Positions 8,606 through 18,203 of a stretch of DNA of 49,580 bases are shown here, one piece after another. Below the pieces are notes generated by a model. It was not told the DNA's origin and ran no database searches. It saw only the letters and a list, made by a program, of their open reading frames with translations. A program made the position numbers and the translations under genes. This DNA comes from Rhodothermales bacterium (lineage in GTDB: Bacteria > Bacteroidota > Rhodothermia > Rhodothermales > BA12): assembly GCA_014879465.1 (NCBI GenBank), contig JACSSA010000095.1, positions 1 through 49,580 on the forward strand. Direction: 5' to 3'. Numbering within the stretch: the first letter of the stretch is position 1; each line of letters starts with the position of its first letter.

Positions 8606-9115
8606 GTGCCTGCCGTTCCGCTGCTCTCGCCCGCCCGCGTGGCCCGCACGCTCGACCGCCTCGCCTGCGAAGCCGTCGAACGCCTGCCCGACGCCTCGGC
8701 GCTCGTCGTGCTCGGCCTTGTAACCCGCGGCGACGCCCTCGCCGCCGATCTGGCACGTCGCATCGGTGCGCTTGTCGGTTGCGATGTGCCGGTGTTCGCT
8801 CTTGACGTATCGGACTTTCGCGACGACCGCCCGACGGAATCCGGCACGCGCCCGCGGCCGACGTTGGGCGTAAGCCTCGCCGGACGCGACGTGCTGCTCG
8901 TGGACGATGTGCTGCACACGGGCCGAACCGTCCGTGCTGCCCTTGACGCTGTTGTGCAGCTGGGCCGTCCGCGCTCCATTCGCCTCGCCGTACTGGTCGA
9001 TCGGGGCGGGCGCGAGTACCCGATCCAGCCCGACTTCGTGGGCCGTGTGGTGGCCGTGGACGTTGGGGCGCGGGTGGTCGTCCGCGACGATTTCTCCGTC
9101 GAGGTGCACCCGTAG
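8606..9115 (+). CDS. pyrR: Bifunctional pyr regulator / uracil phosphoribosyltransferase PyrR
   Basis: TRG, FRDD, VLLVDDVLHTGRTVRAAL, LAVLVDRGGREYPIQPDFVG. Confidence 0.9.
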   Translation: MPAVPLLSPARVARTLDRLACEAVERLPDASALVVLGLVTRGDALAADLARRIGALVGCDVPVFALDVSDFRDDRPTESGTRPRPTLGVSLAGRDVLLVDDVLHTGRTVRAALDAVVQLGRPRSIRLAVLVDRGGREYPIQPDFVGRVVAVDVGARVVVRDDFSVEVHP

Positions 9116-9117
9116 CG

Positions 9118-9504
9118 CTACTCCGGCTTCCAGCGGCGGTGGGCTTTTTTCTCCGCCTGCTGGCGCTTGGCGTCTTCGCGTCGGCGGCGGCTTCCGGCCG
9201 TGGGCTTGGTCTTCTTGCGCGGCGCGTCCACATGCGCGAGCCGTTCGAGGCGGCGGCGAAGGTCGGCAAGCGCGAGGTCGCGGTTTTGCAGCTGCGACCG
9301 CTCGCGCCGCGCCACCACAACGATGCCCGTGGGCAGATGCCGCATCCGAATGCCGGTTTCCACCTTGTTGGCTCGTTGCCCGCCGCTGGTGCCCGCCCGC
9401 AGCGTGTCCACTTCCGATTGCGCCAGCAGCGCCACGTCCGGCTGCCGGGCGAAGGCGGCGTAGTCGGACGGCGAGAGCGGCGGTACGGCGTCGGGCGGTT
9501 CCAT
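9118..9504 (-). CDS. arfB: Peptidyl-tRNA hydrolase of the release-factor family, ArfB-like
   Basis: SGGQRANKVET GGQ motif, ERSQLQNR, basic tail RKKTKPT...RREDAKRQQAEKK. Confidence 0.8.
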   Translation of the reverse strand: MEPPDAVPPLSPSDYAAFARQPDVALLAQSEVDTLRAGTSGGQRANKVETGIRMRHLPTGIVVVARRERSQLQNRDLALADLRRRLERLAHVDAPRKKTKPTAGSRRRREDAKRQQAEKKAHRRWKPE

Positions 9505-9577
9505 CGGGGCGCGAGGGGGGAAGGTGGAACCGAAGGCATGGCGTAGGTTCCAGCCCACCGCCTCCAACCGTCCACCG

Positions 9578-9891
9578 ATGCTTCGCCTCGCCGCCGCCGG
9601 GTTCGCCGGGATGGAAGTGCCGCTTACGCCTGGCACCGCTGGCTCTTCCACGAAACCCACCACCGCTACGACGGCGCGCACGCCCACGGCCCGTTTGAAC
9701 TCAACGACGTTTCCGTCGGGTTTGCCGCCGCGTCGATGGGGGCGATGGGGGCCGGGCGGCACGACCCGCTGGCCAGCACCGCTTTCCCGATTGGCCTCGG
9801 CGTGGCGTTCTACGGCGGCGCACACTTTGTCCTACACGGCCGCTACAAGACGGGCTTTCGACGCAAGAAAGCACCGGATGGGCGTCCGTAG
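9578..9891 (+). pseudogene. crtZ: Degraded beta-carotene hydroxylase (CrtZ-like)
   Basis: ATG at 9578 reads ...FAGMEV, then a frameshift near 9619 into AAYAWHRWLFHETHH...GPFELNDV...IGLGVAFYGGAHFVLHGR; CrtZ motifs with apparent internal deletions and a truncated end. Confidence 0.75.
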
Positions 9892-9916
9892 AGGCGTCTT
9901 CTTGGGGCGTCTCTAC
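9888..9916. repeat. GTAG-type REP-like palindrome (second copy)
   Basis: GTAGAGGCGTCTT-CTT-GGGGCGTCTCTAC; 29 bp like the 3002 copy; all stem mismatches are G-T compatible. Confidence 0.7.
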
Positions 9917-10512
9917 AGCGCCCGTTTGGTGCCGGCCGCCACATAGAGCGTTCCGCCGAACGTCTTGGCCGGGGCGTTTAGGTCGGTGCGCGACACGTCG
10001 TCGAGCGCGGCCTCCAGGAGTGTCCACGGGCGGCGGTTCAGGTCGGCGCGGGCGATCTTCTCCACCAGCCACGTCTGGAAGCGGCGGCGCTCGGCGTGCA
10101 CGTCCAGCAGCACGAACCGCCCGCCGGGGCGCAGCGCGTCGAGGGCGCGGGCGAAGGCGGCGTCGGGGTCGGGCAGGGCGGTGAAGGCCAGCGTGGCCAG
10201 CACCGCGTCTACGGGCGGATACGCGGCCGCCGTGGCGTCGGCGTGGACGAGCGCGGCCTCGAGGCCGAGGCGGTCGGCGCGGGCGCGGGCCTTCTTCAGC
10301 ATCCCCTCCGACGCGTCGAGGCCGACGACGCGTCCGGCTGGGCCGAGACGCTCCGCCAGCCCGTCGAAGTTTTGCCCTGTTCCGCACGCAAGGTCCAGCA
10401 CGGTCTGGCCCGGTGCCAGCCGCAGCGCGTCGAAGGCCGCCGGGCGGTACGGGCGGTAGAGCGCCTCCAACTGCGCGTCGTAGGTGTGGGCGAAGACGTC
10501 GTACCAGCGCAT
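9913..10512 (-). CDS. Class I SAM-dependent methyltransferase (UbiE-like)
   Basis: VLDLACGTG, VVGLDASEGML, LRPGGRFVLLD; start MRWYDVF at 10512. Confidence 0.88.
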   Translation of the reverse strand: MRWYDVFAHTYDAQLEALYRPYRPAAFDALRLAPGQTVLDLACGTGQNFDGLAERLGPAGRVVGLDASEGMLKKARARADRLGLEAALVHADATAAAYPPVDAVLATLAFTALPDPDAAFARALDALRPGGRFVLLDVHAERRRFQTWLVEKIARADLNRRPWTLLEAALDDVSRTDLNAPAKTFGGTLYVAAGTKRAL

Positions 10513-10591
10513 GGGGAAAGGGCCGAAGGAAGAGGGCAAGTTAGGGACGGCGGCGTGGCTTCTGTGGAGCTCTCCCCTTGCCCCTCGGACG

Positions 10592-13500
10592 TTAGGCCTC
10601 CGACTTGGGCAGCCGCAGGGTGAAGGTCGTGCCGACGTTTTCCTCCGTCTCGAACGCAATCGTGCCGCCGGATTCTTCGACGGCTTTCTTGGCGATGGCG
10701 AGGCCGAGGCCGGTGCCGCTCGTTTTGGTGGAGAAATTGGGTTCGAAGATGCGCGGGCGCAGGGCTTCGGGGATGCCCATGCCGGTGTCCTCGACCGTAG
10801 CGACGGCGTCGGGGCCGTCTGCCATGAGCGTGACCGTGACGCGGCGCTCGTCCCGGCCGTGGGTGGCTTGCACGGCGTTTTTGACGAGGTTGATGAAGAC
10901 GCGCCGCAGCTCTTCGTGATCGGCTTCAACGAACAGCGACGTATGGGGGAGGCGAAGATCGATGGTGGCCGAGGCGTCTTCGTCATGCATCAAGTCGGCG
11001 GCCTCTTTGGCGACCGCGCGGAGGTCGAGGCGTTCGACGCGGCGTCGAGGTAGGCGTCCAAAGGCGGAGAAGTCGGACGCGATGCGGGTGAGCGCGTCGA
11101 TTTGCTCGAGCAAGGTGGTCGTGACGCGCTCGAAGAGGCGGTCGAACTTGACGGCGTCGCCGTCGTGTTGGGCGCGGCGCAGGTGCTGCACGCTGAGCTT
11201 CATCGGCGTGAGCGGGTTTTTGATCTCGTGGGCCACCTGGCGGGCCATCTCGCCCCACGCGAGCTGGCGTTCCTGCTGGGCAAGGCGCTCACGGCTCTCG
11301 GCAAGCTGCGCCTGCATCGCGTTGAAGGTGCGGCCGAGGTCGCCGATCTCGTCGCGGCTGGAGACGCGCACCGGGCGGTCAAATCGCCCGCTGCCTACGG
11401 CCTCCAGTCCTTCGCGGAGTTGGCGGACGGGCTGGGCGAGGGCGCGGGCGAGCAGGGCGGCGGTGGCGACGAGGGCGACGAGCAGCAGCAGCAGCGAGCC
11501 GAAGAGGTAGGCGAGCATCCGAGCCTGCTCTTCCTCAAACCGTTCCTGTTCGGGCAGCGTCGGGACGGCCAGTACCGCGCCGGTGCCGTCGGCGGCGTCG
11601 GGAAGGGCGCGGAAGCCTACGCGGTAGCGGAACGTGCCGAGGTAGGCATCGGCGGTGGCGAAGCGGTCGCCGTCGGCTTCGAGTCGGGCGGCGGCCTCCA
11701 CGGGTAGGCGCGGGTCGAGCAGGCCCTCGCGGGCCAGCGTGGGGCGGGTGGTGCGTACGAGCGTACGGCCTTGGTAGACGCTCAAATCCACGCCGACGCG
11801 CCGGGCGAGCGAGTCCAGCGGGACGCGGCCGAGCACGTCGGCGGCGGTTTCGCCGGGACGGGCGGCAAGCACGAGCGCGTCTTCGGTGCGCTCGAGGCTG
11901 CGTGCGAGCCAGTCGTTCACCGCCCGTTCGTTCTCGCCGGTCACCACGCGCACACCGACGAAGGCCACGGCCACCACGGCGAGGCCGCCCACAGCGAGGA
12001 AGGCGTCGAGGACGCGGTCTTGAAAGCGTACGCGGCGGTAGGGCAGCAGGCCGCGTCGTCGCCGGATGATCAGCCCGACAAGGTAAAGAACGGTGGCGAG
12101 CAGCGTGCCGGCCACGAGCACGCGCAGGCCGAAGAACAGGTGGTCGAAGACGGTGAAGGCCGGGGCACGCACCGCCACGACGGCAGGGGCATCGGCGAAG
12201 CCGGTTGCAGACGACGGGGCATGCCGGACGTAGAGGACGAGGTCGCGCCGCCCGTTGTCGGTTTCTGGGCGAAGGAGTCGTGGGGCAGCGGCGAGCGCCT
12301 GCGTCACCGCATCGTCAAGACGATAGTGGCCGAAGTCGCGGCCTTGCCCGCGCACGAGCACGCCTCCGCGAAACAGGGCGAGGGCGAAGTCGCCGGGGCC
12401 GTCGTCGGTGCCAGCGGGGAGGAGCACGCGCGGGAACGGCGTGCCGAGGCCGGTGGCCGAACGCTGCGGTGCGGCGCGGGCGGTGGCCCATCCGAGGCTG
12501 TCGGGTAGGGTGACGAGGCCGAGCGTCTGGAAACGGTCGTCCTGCTGCCGCCCGGTGAGCGGGACGATGAGCGGCGCATCGAGGCCGTCGGAACGAGCGT
12601 CGGCCATCGAGCGGAGCAGGTCGAACTCGTCGAGGTCGAACGTGTCGGCGTCGGCTCCGGGGAGCGCACCCTCGGCGTAGCGTCCGGCGAGGTGTCCGTC
12701 GTGGTCGAACACGGCCAGTCCGACTTCGTAGGTGCCGAGCGTGGCGAGCAGACCGTCGCGGGCGAGGTCGGCGGCGCGTCGGTCAAGGCGGGCGCGGCGG
12801 GCGTCGTTGGCGGGCAGCGCGAGCAGGCTTTGGACCGAATCGTCGTTGGCGGCACGGGCGAGCGTCTCGTCGAGGGCAAAGACGAGGCGCGGGTCGCCGG
12901 CGGCTTGGTCGAAGGCGCGGGCGGCGTCGTCCATCTGCACGAGCCGTTGAGCACGGAAGCCTTGGTAGAGCAGAGGGTAGAGGCCGGCAGCGAGCACGAG
13001 CAGCAGCGCCAGCACGCGCCGCACGGTGAGGCGGCTCCACGCCAGCCGGTGTGTCCAGCCGAGGGCGGCGAGGCCCGTCGCGAGCGCCACAAGCGGGAGC
13101 GCCATCGCAGGCACGCGCAGCAGCAGCGCGGCAGTGACAAACGCGGCGAGGCCCGCTGCTGCCGCGTGCGTTGGATTCGGCGCAGCGCGTCCAGCCGTCA
13201 CCGTCGCGTCTACCACAAGCACCATCGCCAGCGCGAGCACGAGCAGCGCCGCCTGTACAGCGGCGGCGAGCGGTTCAGGCATCAGCCCCGCGCGGGTGAA
13301 CAGGTCGAGTGTAGAGTCGAGCACGGAGCGTTCGGCTACACGGGCCACGCCTGCTGTGAGCGCGGCCGCCAGCACGGCGAGCGCGACCACGCGCAGCGGC
13401 GCGCGGTTCGACCGGGGGTGTGGGCGAACGCTGCGGGAGACCACAAGCGCCATCGTCAGAACGGCCAACGCCGTGAGCGCGAGGTCGCCGACCGAGCGGA

Positions 13501-14452
13501 ACAGGCCCCCAAAGCCGCCCACGGCGTAGCGCGCCGGGTCGAAGAACGGGGCCAGCGGCCCGTCGACGAGCCAGCGCCCCGGCACATCGAGGGCGAGGGC
13601 CGCGCCTCGCCCGGCAGCCACAAGCATTAGGCTTAGCACGGCGGTTGATGAGCGTCGCGCGCGCCGCGCATAAGCGAGGGCCATCGCGGCCATCCCAAGC
13701 AAGGCCAGTACGCTCCAGAACGACGCCACGTCGGCGCGGCGCTGTCGAAGGGTGCGTGCCACAGCTTCGGGGGTAGGCGGCTCAAGGCGAAGCCGCCAGC
13801 GTTCGTCGAGGCCAGGAAGCCCCGGCGAAAGCCCCTCGTCATCGAACACCAAGGCGGCACGCACATCAAACGGGCGTCCGGCGTCGGCGATGCGGTCGAA
13901 GGCGTTGAGGTAGCGGTTTTGGACGTACGGTGTGGCCCGAAGCGTCGTGGCCGTGCGCACTCGCCCGGCTACGCCTCGGCGTTCCACCACGAGCACGAGC
14001 CGCCCGTCGGGCGTCTCTGCGAGCGCGGGCGACGTTTGGGACAGCGTCTGTGGAATCGTTGCTCCACGCCAAACCACCAGCGTCGTATCGCGCCAGATCT
14101 CCACGTCGGGGGGGGCGTCGAGCACGTCCGGCGATCCGGACCCGGCGTCGAGGGCAGCCACCCGGTCGAGGAGAGCATCGTCGATCTGCGCCGATGCTTC
14201 GGTGAGCGCCCGCCGCACCTCCGGATCGTCCAGCCACGCCTCGGCCTCGTGGTCAAGGCGGGCGGCCTCGGTGCGCAGCAGCCGGCCCACCGCTGCTCCG
14301 GCGTGCTCAACGCGGGCCGTGGCTTCGGGTTTTGTCTCGGCCACCGGCAGCCGCACACTCGCCCACGTCAGTGCCGCCAGCACCCCCGTGAGCAGGGTCA
14401 ACGGAAGCATCCGTCGCCACATAGGCATCGGCGGGATGGCGGGCACGGGCAC
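10592..14452 (-). CDS. Large multi-TM NtrY-like sensor histidine kinase (HAMP-HisKA-HATPase)
   Basis: DEIGDLGRTFNAM HAMP; AWGEMARQVAHEIKNPLTPM H-box; NLVKNA, DTGMG, FSTK, GTGLGL. Start may be slightly downstream. Confidence 0.92.
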   Translation of the reverse strand: MPVPAIPPMPMWRRMLPLTLLTGVLAALTWASVRLPVAETKPEATARVEHAGAAVGRLLRTEAARLDHEAEAWLDDPEVRRALTEASAQIDDALLDRVAALDAGSGSPDVLDAPPDVEIWRDTTLVVWRGATIPQTLSQTSPALAETPDGRLVLVVERRGVAGRVRTATTLRATPYVQNRYLNAFDRIADAGRPFDVRAALVFDDEGLSPGLPGLDERWRLRLEPPTPEAVARTLRQRRADVASFWSVLALLGMAAMALAYARRARRSSTAVLSLMLVAAGRGAALALDVPGRWLVDGPLAPFFDPARYAVGGFGGLFRSVGDLALTALAVLTMALVVSRSVRPHPRSNRAPLRVVALAVLAAALTAGVARVAERSVLDSTLDLFTRAGLMPEPLAAAVQAALLVLALAMVLVVDATVTAGRAAPNPTHAAAAGLAAFVTAALLLRVPAMALPLVALATGLAALGWTHRLAWSRLTVRRVLALLLVLAAGLYPLLYQGFRAQRLVQMDDAARAFDQAAGDPRLVFALDETLARAANDDSVQSLLALPANDARRARLDRRAADLARDGLLATLGTYEVGLAVFDHDGHLAGRYAEGALPGADADTFDLDEFDLLRSMADARSDGLDAPLIVPLTGRQQDDRFQTLGLVTLPDSLGWATARAAPQRSATGLGTPFPRVLLPAGTDDGPGDFALALFRGGVLVRGQGRDFGHYRLDDAVTQALAAAPRLLRPETDNGRRDLVLYVRHAPSSATGFADAPAVVAVRAPAFTVFDHLFFGLRVLVAGTLLATVLYLVGLIIRRRRGLLPYRRVRFQDRVLDAFLAVGGLAVVAVAFVGVRVVTGENERAVNDWLARSLERTEDALVLAARPGETAADVLGRVPLDSLARRVGVDLSVYQGRTLVRTTRPTLAREGLLDPRLPVEAAARLEADGDRFATADAYLGTFRYRVGFRALPDAADGTGAVLAVPTLPEQERFEEEQARMLAYLFGSLLLLLVALVATAALLARALAQPVRQLREGLEAVGSGRFDRPVRVSSRDEIGDLGRTFNAMQAQLAESRERLAQQERQLAWGEMARQVAHEIKNPLTPMKLSVQHLRRAQHDGDAVKFDRLFERVTTTLLEQIDALTRIASDFSAFGRLPRRRVERLDLRAVAKEAADLMHDEDASATIDLRLPHTSLFVEADHEELRRVFINLVKNAVQATHGRDERRVTVTLMADGPDAVATVEDTGMGIPEALRPRIFEPNFSTKTSGTGLGLAIAKKAVEESGGTIAFETEENVGTTFTLRLPKSEA

Positions 14453-14492
14453 GGTAAAAAGGTCAAGATAGCCGGGTGCGGGCAGGCCCCGG

Positions 14493-14921
14493 TCATTCGA
14501 GGCGGCCGCGTTCGATACGCACTTCGCGCAGGGTGCGGCGAGCCGTTCCAGACATCAGCACGCGCACCACATACGTCTCGCCGTCGCTAACGTAGCGCCC
14601 AGAGGCAAAGAGTGCCTCACCGCCGGTTTCGCGAGGGTAATCGAGAGCGAACCGGTCGGCCGGATGGTCGCGAAAGAAGCGGGCGAAGACGTGCCGAGCC
14701 TGTTCACGGCTGTACACACGGCTGTCGCCGTCGAGCGACACCAGCACGCGGTCGGCGAGACCTTGGGCGAGGGCGTCAGCGTCGCCGCGCTGCATAGCCG
14801 AGGAAAAGGCGGCGAAGGGCGAAACCGTCGTCTGGGCCACCGCGGGGCGTATCGCGACGGTCAAAGCCGTCGCCGGAACGACGGTCAGCAGCGCGAGCAG
14901 GCGAAGGACGCGGAGCGGCAT
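14493..14921 (-). CDS. DUF4783-like secreted protein
   Basis: Signal peptide; GDADALA...YSREQARHVFARFFRDHP pattern. Confidence 0.7.
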   Translation of the reverse strand: MPLRVLRLLALLTVVPATALTVAIRPAVAQTTVSPFAAFSSAMQRGDADALAQGLADRVLVSLDGDSRVYSREQARHVFARFFRDHPADRFALDYPRETGGEALFASGRYVSDGETYVVRVLMSGTARRTLREVRIERGRLE

Positions 14922-14989
14922 GGCGGATGGCGGGCGGGTGCAGACAAAAGAAACGCAAAAACCCGTCCGTCGCGCGTACAGCTGGCCGG

Positions 14990-16840
14990 TTAGGCAAACC
15001 GTTTGGCCAGCTCGTCGGTGGAGAGGCGCACGAGCGTGGGGCGTCCGTCGGGGGCTGCCATCGGGGCTTCGCAGGCGAAGAGCTGGTCGATGAGCAGGCG
15101 CATTTCGGGCTGGGCAAGGCGCTGCCCGTGGCGAATGGCCGAGCGCCGGGCGATGGCGCGGGCGAGGGTGTCGCGGTGCGGCAGCCGCAGGCGCTCGCGA
15201 AGGGTGCGAAACTGCTCGATCAGGTCTTCAAGGATGGAGCGCTCGTCGCCGGCCCGCACGTCTGCCGGGACGCCGCGCACCACCACCGTCCGACCGGAGA
15301 AAAACTCCACCACAAAGCCGAGCGCCACGAGGTCGCCTTGCAACTCTTTGAGCAGCGCCAGATCGGGGGCGGCAGGCTCGAAGGTGTGCGGAAAGAGCAG
15401 CTGCTGCGACAGGCCGAAGCCGCTTTCCAGCGTTGCCCGGGCTTTTTCGTAGAGGATGCGCTCGTGTGCCGCCCGCTGGTCGAGCACGAGCAGGCCCGAA
15501 CGAATGGGCGTGACGATGTATGTGTCGTGCAACTGGAACAGCACGGCCTCGGGGCCAACGCCCTTGGCGTCGTGGGCGGCGTTGGCATTGGCATCGACCA
15601 GCGGAAGCATCATTTCCTCCTCCAGCACCGTTGGATCGGGTTCTGGAAGATGGACGATGCGGCCTTCAAACGACGCGTCGAGCTGTGGAAGGAGAGCGTC
15701 GGGCGTCGGGGCAGGGCCGAACATTGCCGCCGTGCCGAACGCATCGCTCGTGTGCCCCGCCGGGGCCGCGCCGAACGTGGCGGCCAGCGGGTCGGGGGGA
15801 AGCTCGGGTACGAAATCGGCATGGGCAAGGGCTTTGCGCACCACCGCCCGCACCAGCGCGTAGACGCCGCGCTCGTCGTCGAACTTGACCTCGGCCTTCG
15901 ACGGATGGACGTTCACGTCCACATGCGCCGGATCCATCTCCAAGAAGAGGGCGAAGAACGGATGCGTGCCTTCGGGGATGAGACGCTCGAAGGCGGAGGC
16001 GACGGCGTGGTCGAGGGGACGGCTTTTGACGACGCGGCGGTTGACGAAAAGAAACTGCTCGCCTCGTGACCGTTTGTGCCGCTCGGGGCGTCCGACAAAG
16101 CCTCGTATCCGCAGGTACGTCGTCGTTTCCGCCACCGGCACAAGAGCGTCGTGGAGGTCGTGCCCGAACAGGTCGGCAATGCGACGCGCGAGGGCCGCAT
16201 CGTCGTCGTCGTCGGGGTTGGCCATCAGGCGGTAGACCTCGTCGTCGTCGTGCCGCAGCGTAAACGACACGCCGGGATGCGAAAGGGTGAGCGCTTGGAA
16301 GGTCTCGAGCAGGTGACGGTACTCGGTGGCCGGTGTTTTGAGGAAGGCTCGCCGAGCGGGAACGTTGAAGAACAGGTTGCGCACGGCGAGGCTGGTGCCT
16401 ACGGGAGCGCCCACCGGCTCGGCGTCGCGGGCGAGGCCGCCGTCGGCGACGACCCGTGTTCCGGCCTCGTCGGTGGCGCGTCGGGTGCGCAGTTCCACTT
16501 GGGCCACCGCAGCAATCGAGGCCAGCGCCTCGCCCCGGAAGCCGAGCGTGCCGAGCGCATCGAGGTCTTCGAGGGTGTAGAGTTTGGACGTGGCGTGGCG
16601 TCGAAACGCCTCGGCGGCGTCGCTGCGGCTCATGCCCACGCCGTCGTCCACCACCTGCACGAGCGTCGATCCGGCACCTTTGAGCAGCACGTCCACCCGT
16701 TCGGCACCGGCATCGAGGCTGTTCTCGACCAGCTCTTTGAGCGCCGATGCGGGGCGCTGCACGACCTCGCCCGCCGCAATTTTGTTGGCGAGCGCGTCGG
16801 GCATCACGCGGATCAGACGGTCGCCATCAAACACGGACAC
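14990..16840 (-). CDS. mutL: DNA mismatch repair endonuclease MutL
   Basis: ANKIAAGEVVQRPASALKELVENSLDAGA, TLGFRGEALASI, VDVNVHPSKAEV, DQRAAHERILYE; GTG start at 16840 assumed. Confidence 0.97.
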   Translation of the reverse strand: MSVFDGDRLIRVMPDALANKIAAGEVVQRPASALKELVENSLDAGAERVDVLLKGAGSTLVQVVDDGVGMSRSDAAEAFRRHATSKLYTLEDLDALGTLGFRGEALASIAAVAQVELRTRRATDEAGTRVVADGGLARDAEPVGAPVGTSLAVRNLFFNVPARRAFLKTPATEYRHLLETFQALTLSHPGVSFTLRHDDDEVYRLMANPDDDDDAALARRIADLFGHDLHDALVPVAETTTYLRIRGFVGRPERHKRSRGEQFLFVNRRVVKSRPLDHAVASAFERLIPEGTHPFFALFLEMDPAHVDVNVHPSKAEVKFDDERGVYALVRAVVRKALAHADFVPELPPDPLAATFGAAPAGHTSDAFGTAAMFGPAPTPDALLPQLDASFEGRIVHLPEPDPTVLEEEMMLPLVDANANAAHDAKGVGPEAVLFQLHDTYIVTPIRSGLLVLDQRAAHERILYEKARATLESGFGLSQQLLFPHTFEPAAPDLALLKELQGDLVALGFVVEFFSGRTVVVRGVPADVRAGDERSILEDLIEQFRTLRERLRLPHRDTLARAIARRSAIRHGQRLAQPEMRLLIDQLFACEAPMAAPDGRPTLVRLSTDELAKRFA

Positions 16841-16925
16841 CGGCAGCAGGGGAAGGTTCGTTCGGTGAACGACGTCTTCGGCGGTTCGTTGCGCGTTGCC
16901 GAAAGTGGAAGCGCCGCCGAAGGCT

Positions 16926-17792
16926 TTACCAGCCCAGCCAGAGGGCGAACACGACGTAGGCCAGCGGGACGGCCACGAGCATCGCGTCGAAGCGGTCGAG
17001 GAAGCCGCCGTGGCCGGGAAGCAGGTGCCCCGAGTCTTTGACGCCCGCGGCTCGTTTGAGTCGGCTTTCGGCAAGGTCGCCCAGTTGGCTGACGATCCCG
17101 GCGGCGAGCGCGGCCAGCAGCATCGCGCCCCACGGCACGCTCGGCAGCACGCCCGACGCTTTGAACGCCGCCGCGGCCGCCACCGCCCCAAGGGCTCCGC
17201 CGATGGAGCCTTCCACCGTCTTCTTGGGCGAGACCTTGGGGGCGAGCGGGTGCTTTCCGAACGCCCGTCCCGTGTAGTAGGCCACCGTGTCGGTGGCGAA
17301 GACGAGCGTCATCACGGCCATCGTCAGCCAAAAGCCCTCGCCGCCACGGGCGAGCGCGTCGCCATCAAAGGCCCGCGCGGCGTCGAGGCGCAGCGGGAGC
17401 AGCATCGCCAAAAGGAGCGTCGGGTAGACGATGCCTCCGGCGGTGGCGGCAAGGTCGAGCACCGGATGCGAGCGTTCGTCGCGGAACGGGACGGTGCAGA
17501 GCGCGGCAACAACGACGGCGATGCCAAGGGTTTCGGCAGGCGGCCAGATGGCGCGTGCGGCCAGAAGCCCCCCGGCCACGAGGCCGAGGCGGGTCATCGG
17601 GTTGGTGCCTGCGGCGCGGCAGAGGACGTAGAATTCGGCCTGTGCGAGCACGCAAATCGCCACGACAAACGCCGCAAACGCGTAGCCACCAGCCCATGTG
17701 GCTGCCACGACGAGCGGCAGGGCCACCAGCGCCGTTAGCACGCGGGTCGTACTGGACGGCCGAGCCGGAGAAGGGGCTGCCGCGTCGTTCAT
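16926..17792 (-). CDS. cdsA: Phosphatidate cytidylyltransferase
   Basis: DTVAYYTG, SPKKTVEG, GDLAESRLKRAAGVKDSG, PGHGGFLDRFD. Confidence 0.95.
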   Translation of the reverse strand: MNDAAAPSPARPSSTTRVLTALVALPLVVAATWAGGYAFAAFVVAICVLAQAEFYVLCRAAGTNPMTRLGLVAGGLLAARAIWPPAETLGIAVVVAALCTVPFRDERSHPVLDLAATAGGIVYPTLLLAMLLPLRLDAARAFDGDALARGGEGFWLTMAVMTLVFATDTVAYYTGRAFGKHPLAPKVSPKKTVEGSIGGALGAVAAAAAFKASGVLPSVPWGAMLLAALAAGIVSQLGDLAESRLKRAAGVKDSGHLLPGHGGFLDRFDAMLVAVPLAYVVFALWLGW

Positions 17793-18163
17793 GCCGCCGG
17801 TGCGTCGTCGTCGGGCACGTCCAGCGAAATGGACTCGCTGCCGCTGTCGGTTCGGGCCTCGTTCTCCGGTGTGGTGGCGTCCGGGGCGAGCGGGTCGGCG
17901 GCGAGTGCGGCCGCTTCAAGTTCGTCGTCGGAGGGGGCGGGCGTGGCGATGAGGGCGCGGGCCTCGTCGGCGTAGGCCTTGGGCACCATCACATGCACCT
18001 GCGCCAACTCGCCTACGGTGAGGTTGAAGGCGTGGTCGCGCTGGGTGTGGACGACCGCCGCAATCCCGGCATCGGCGAGGCGGTCGCGCACGAGATCGGC
18101 CTCGTAGTCGGTCGTGGTCGAGAAGACCGAGATCCAGTCTTCGGCGGTGTAGGGCGTGTCCAT
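17789..18163 (-). CDS. DUF2007-like protein
   Basis: WISVFST..YEADLVRDRLADAGIAAV...VMVP; stop overlaps the cdsA start. Confidence 0.75.
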   Translation of the reverse strand: MDTPYTAEDWISVFSTTTDYEADLVRDRLADAGIAAVVHTQRDHAFNLTVGELAQVHVMVPKAYADEARALIATPAPSDDELEAAALAADPLAPDATTPENEARTDSGSESISLDVPDDDAPAA

Positions 18164-18203
18164 CGGGGAAGGAGAAAAAGCAGGAGGGAAGGCCAACTGG
18201 AAG

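Noticed and set aside
9118-9504. GGQ protein as a frameshifted prfB (RF2) fragment
   Set aside because: No RF2 codon-recognition domains nearby; the basic tail fits an ArfB-like rescue factor.
9524-9946. 140-aa ORF between arfB-like and the methyltransferase
   Set aside because: Only a short stretch (MLRL...GMEV) is meaningful; the rest is out-of-frame read-through of the crtZ remnant.
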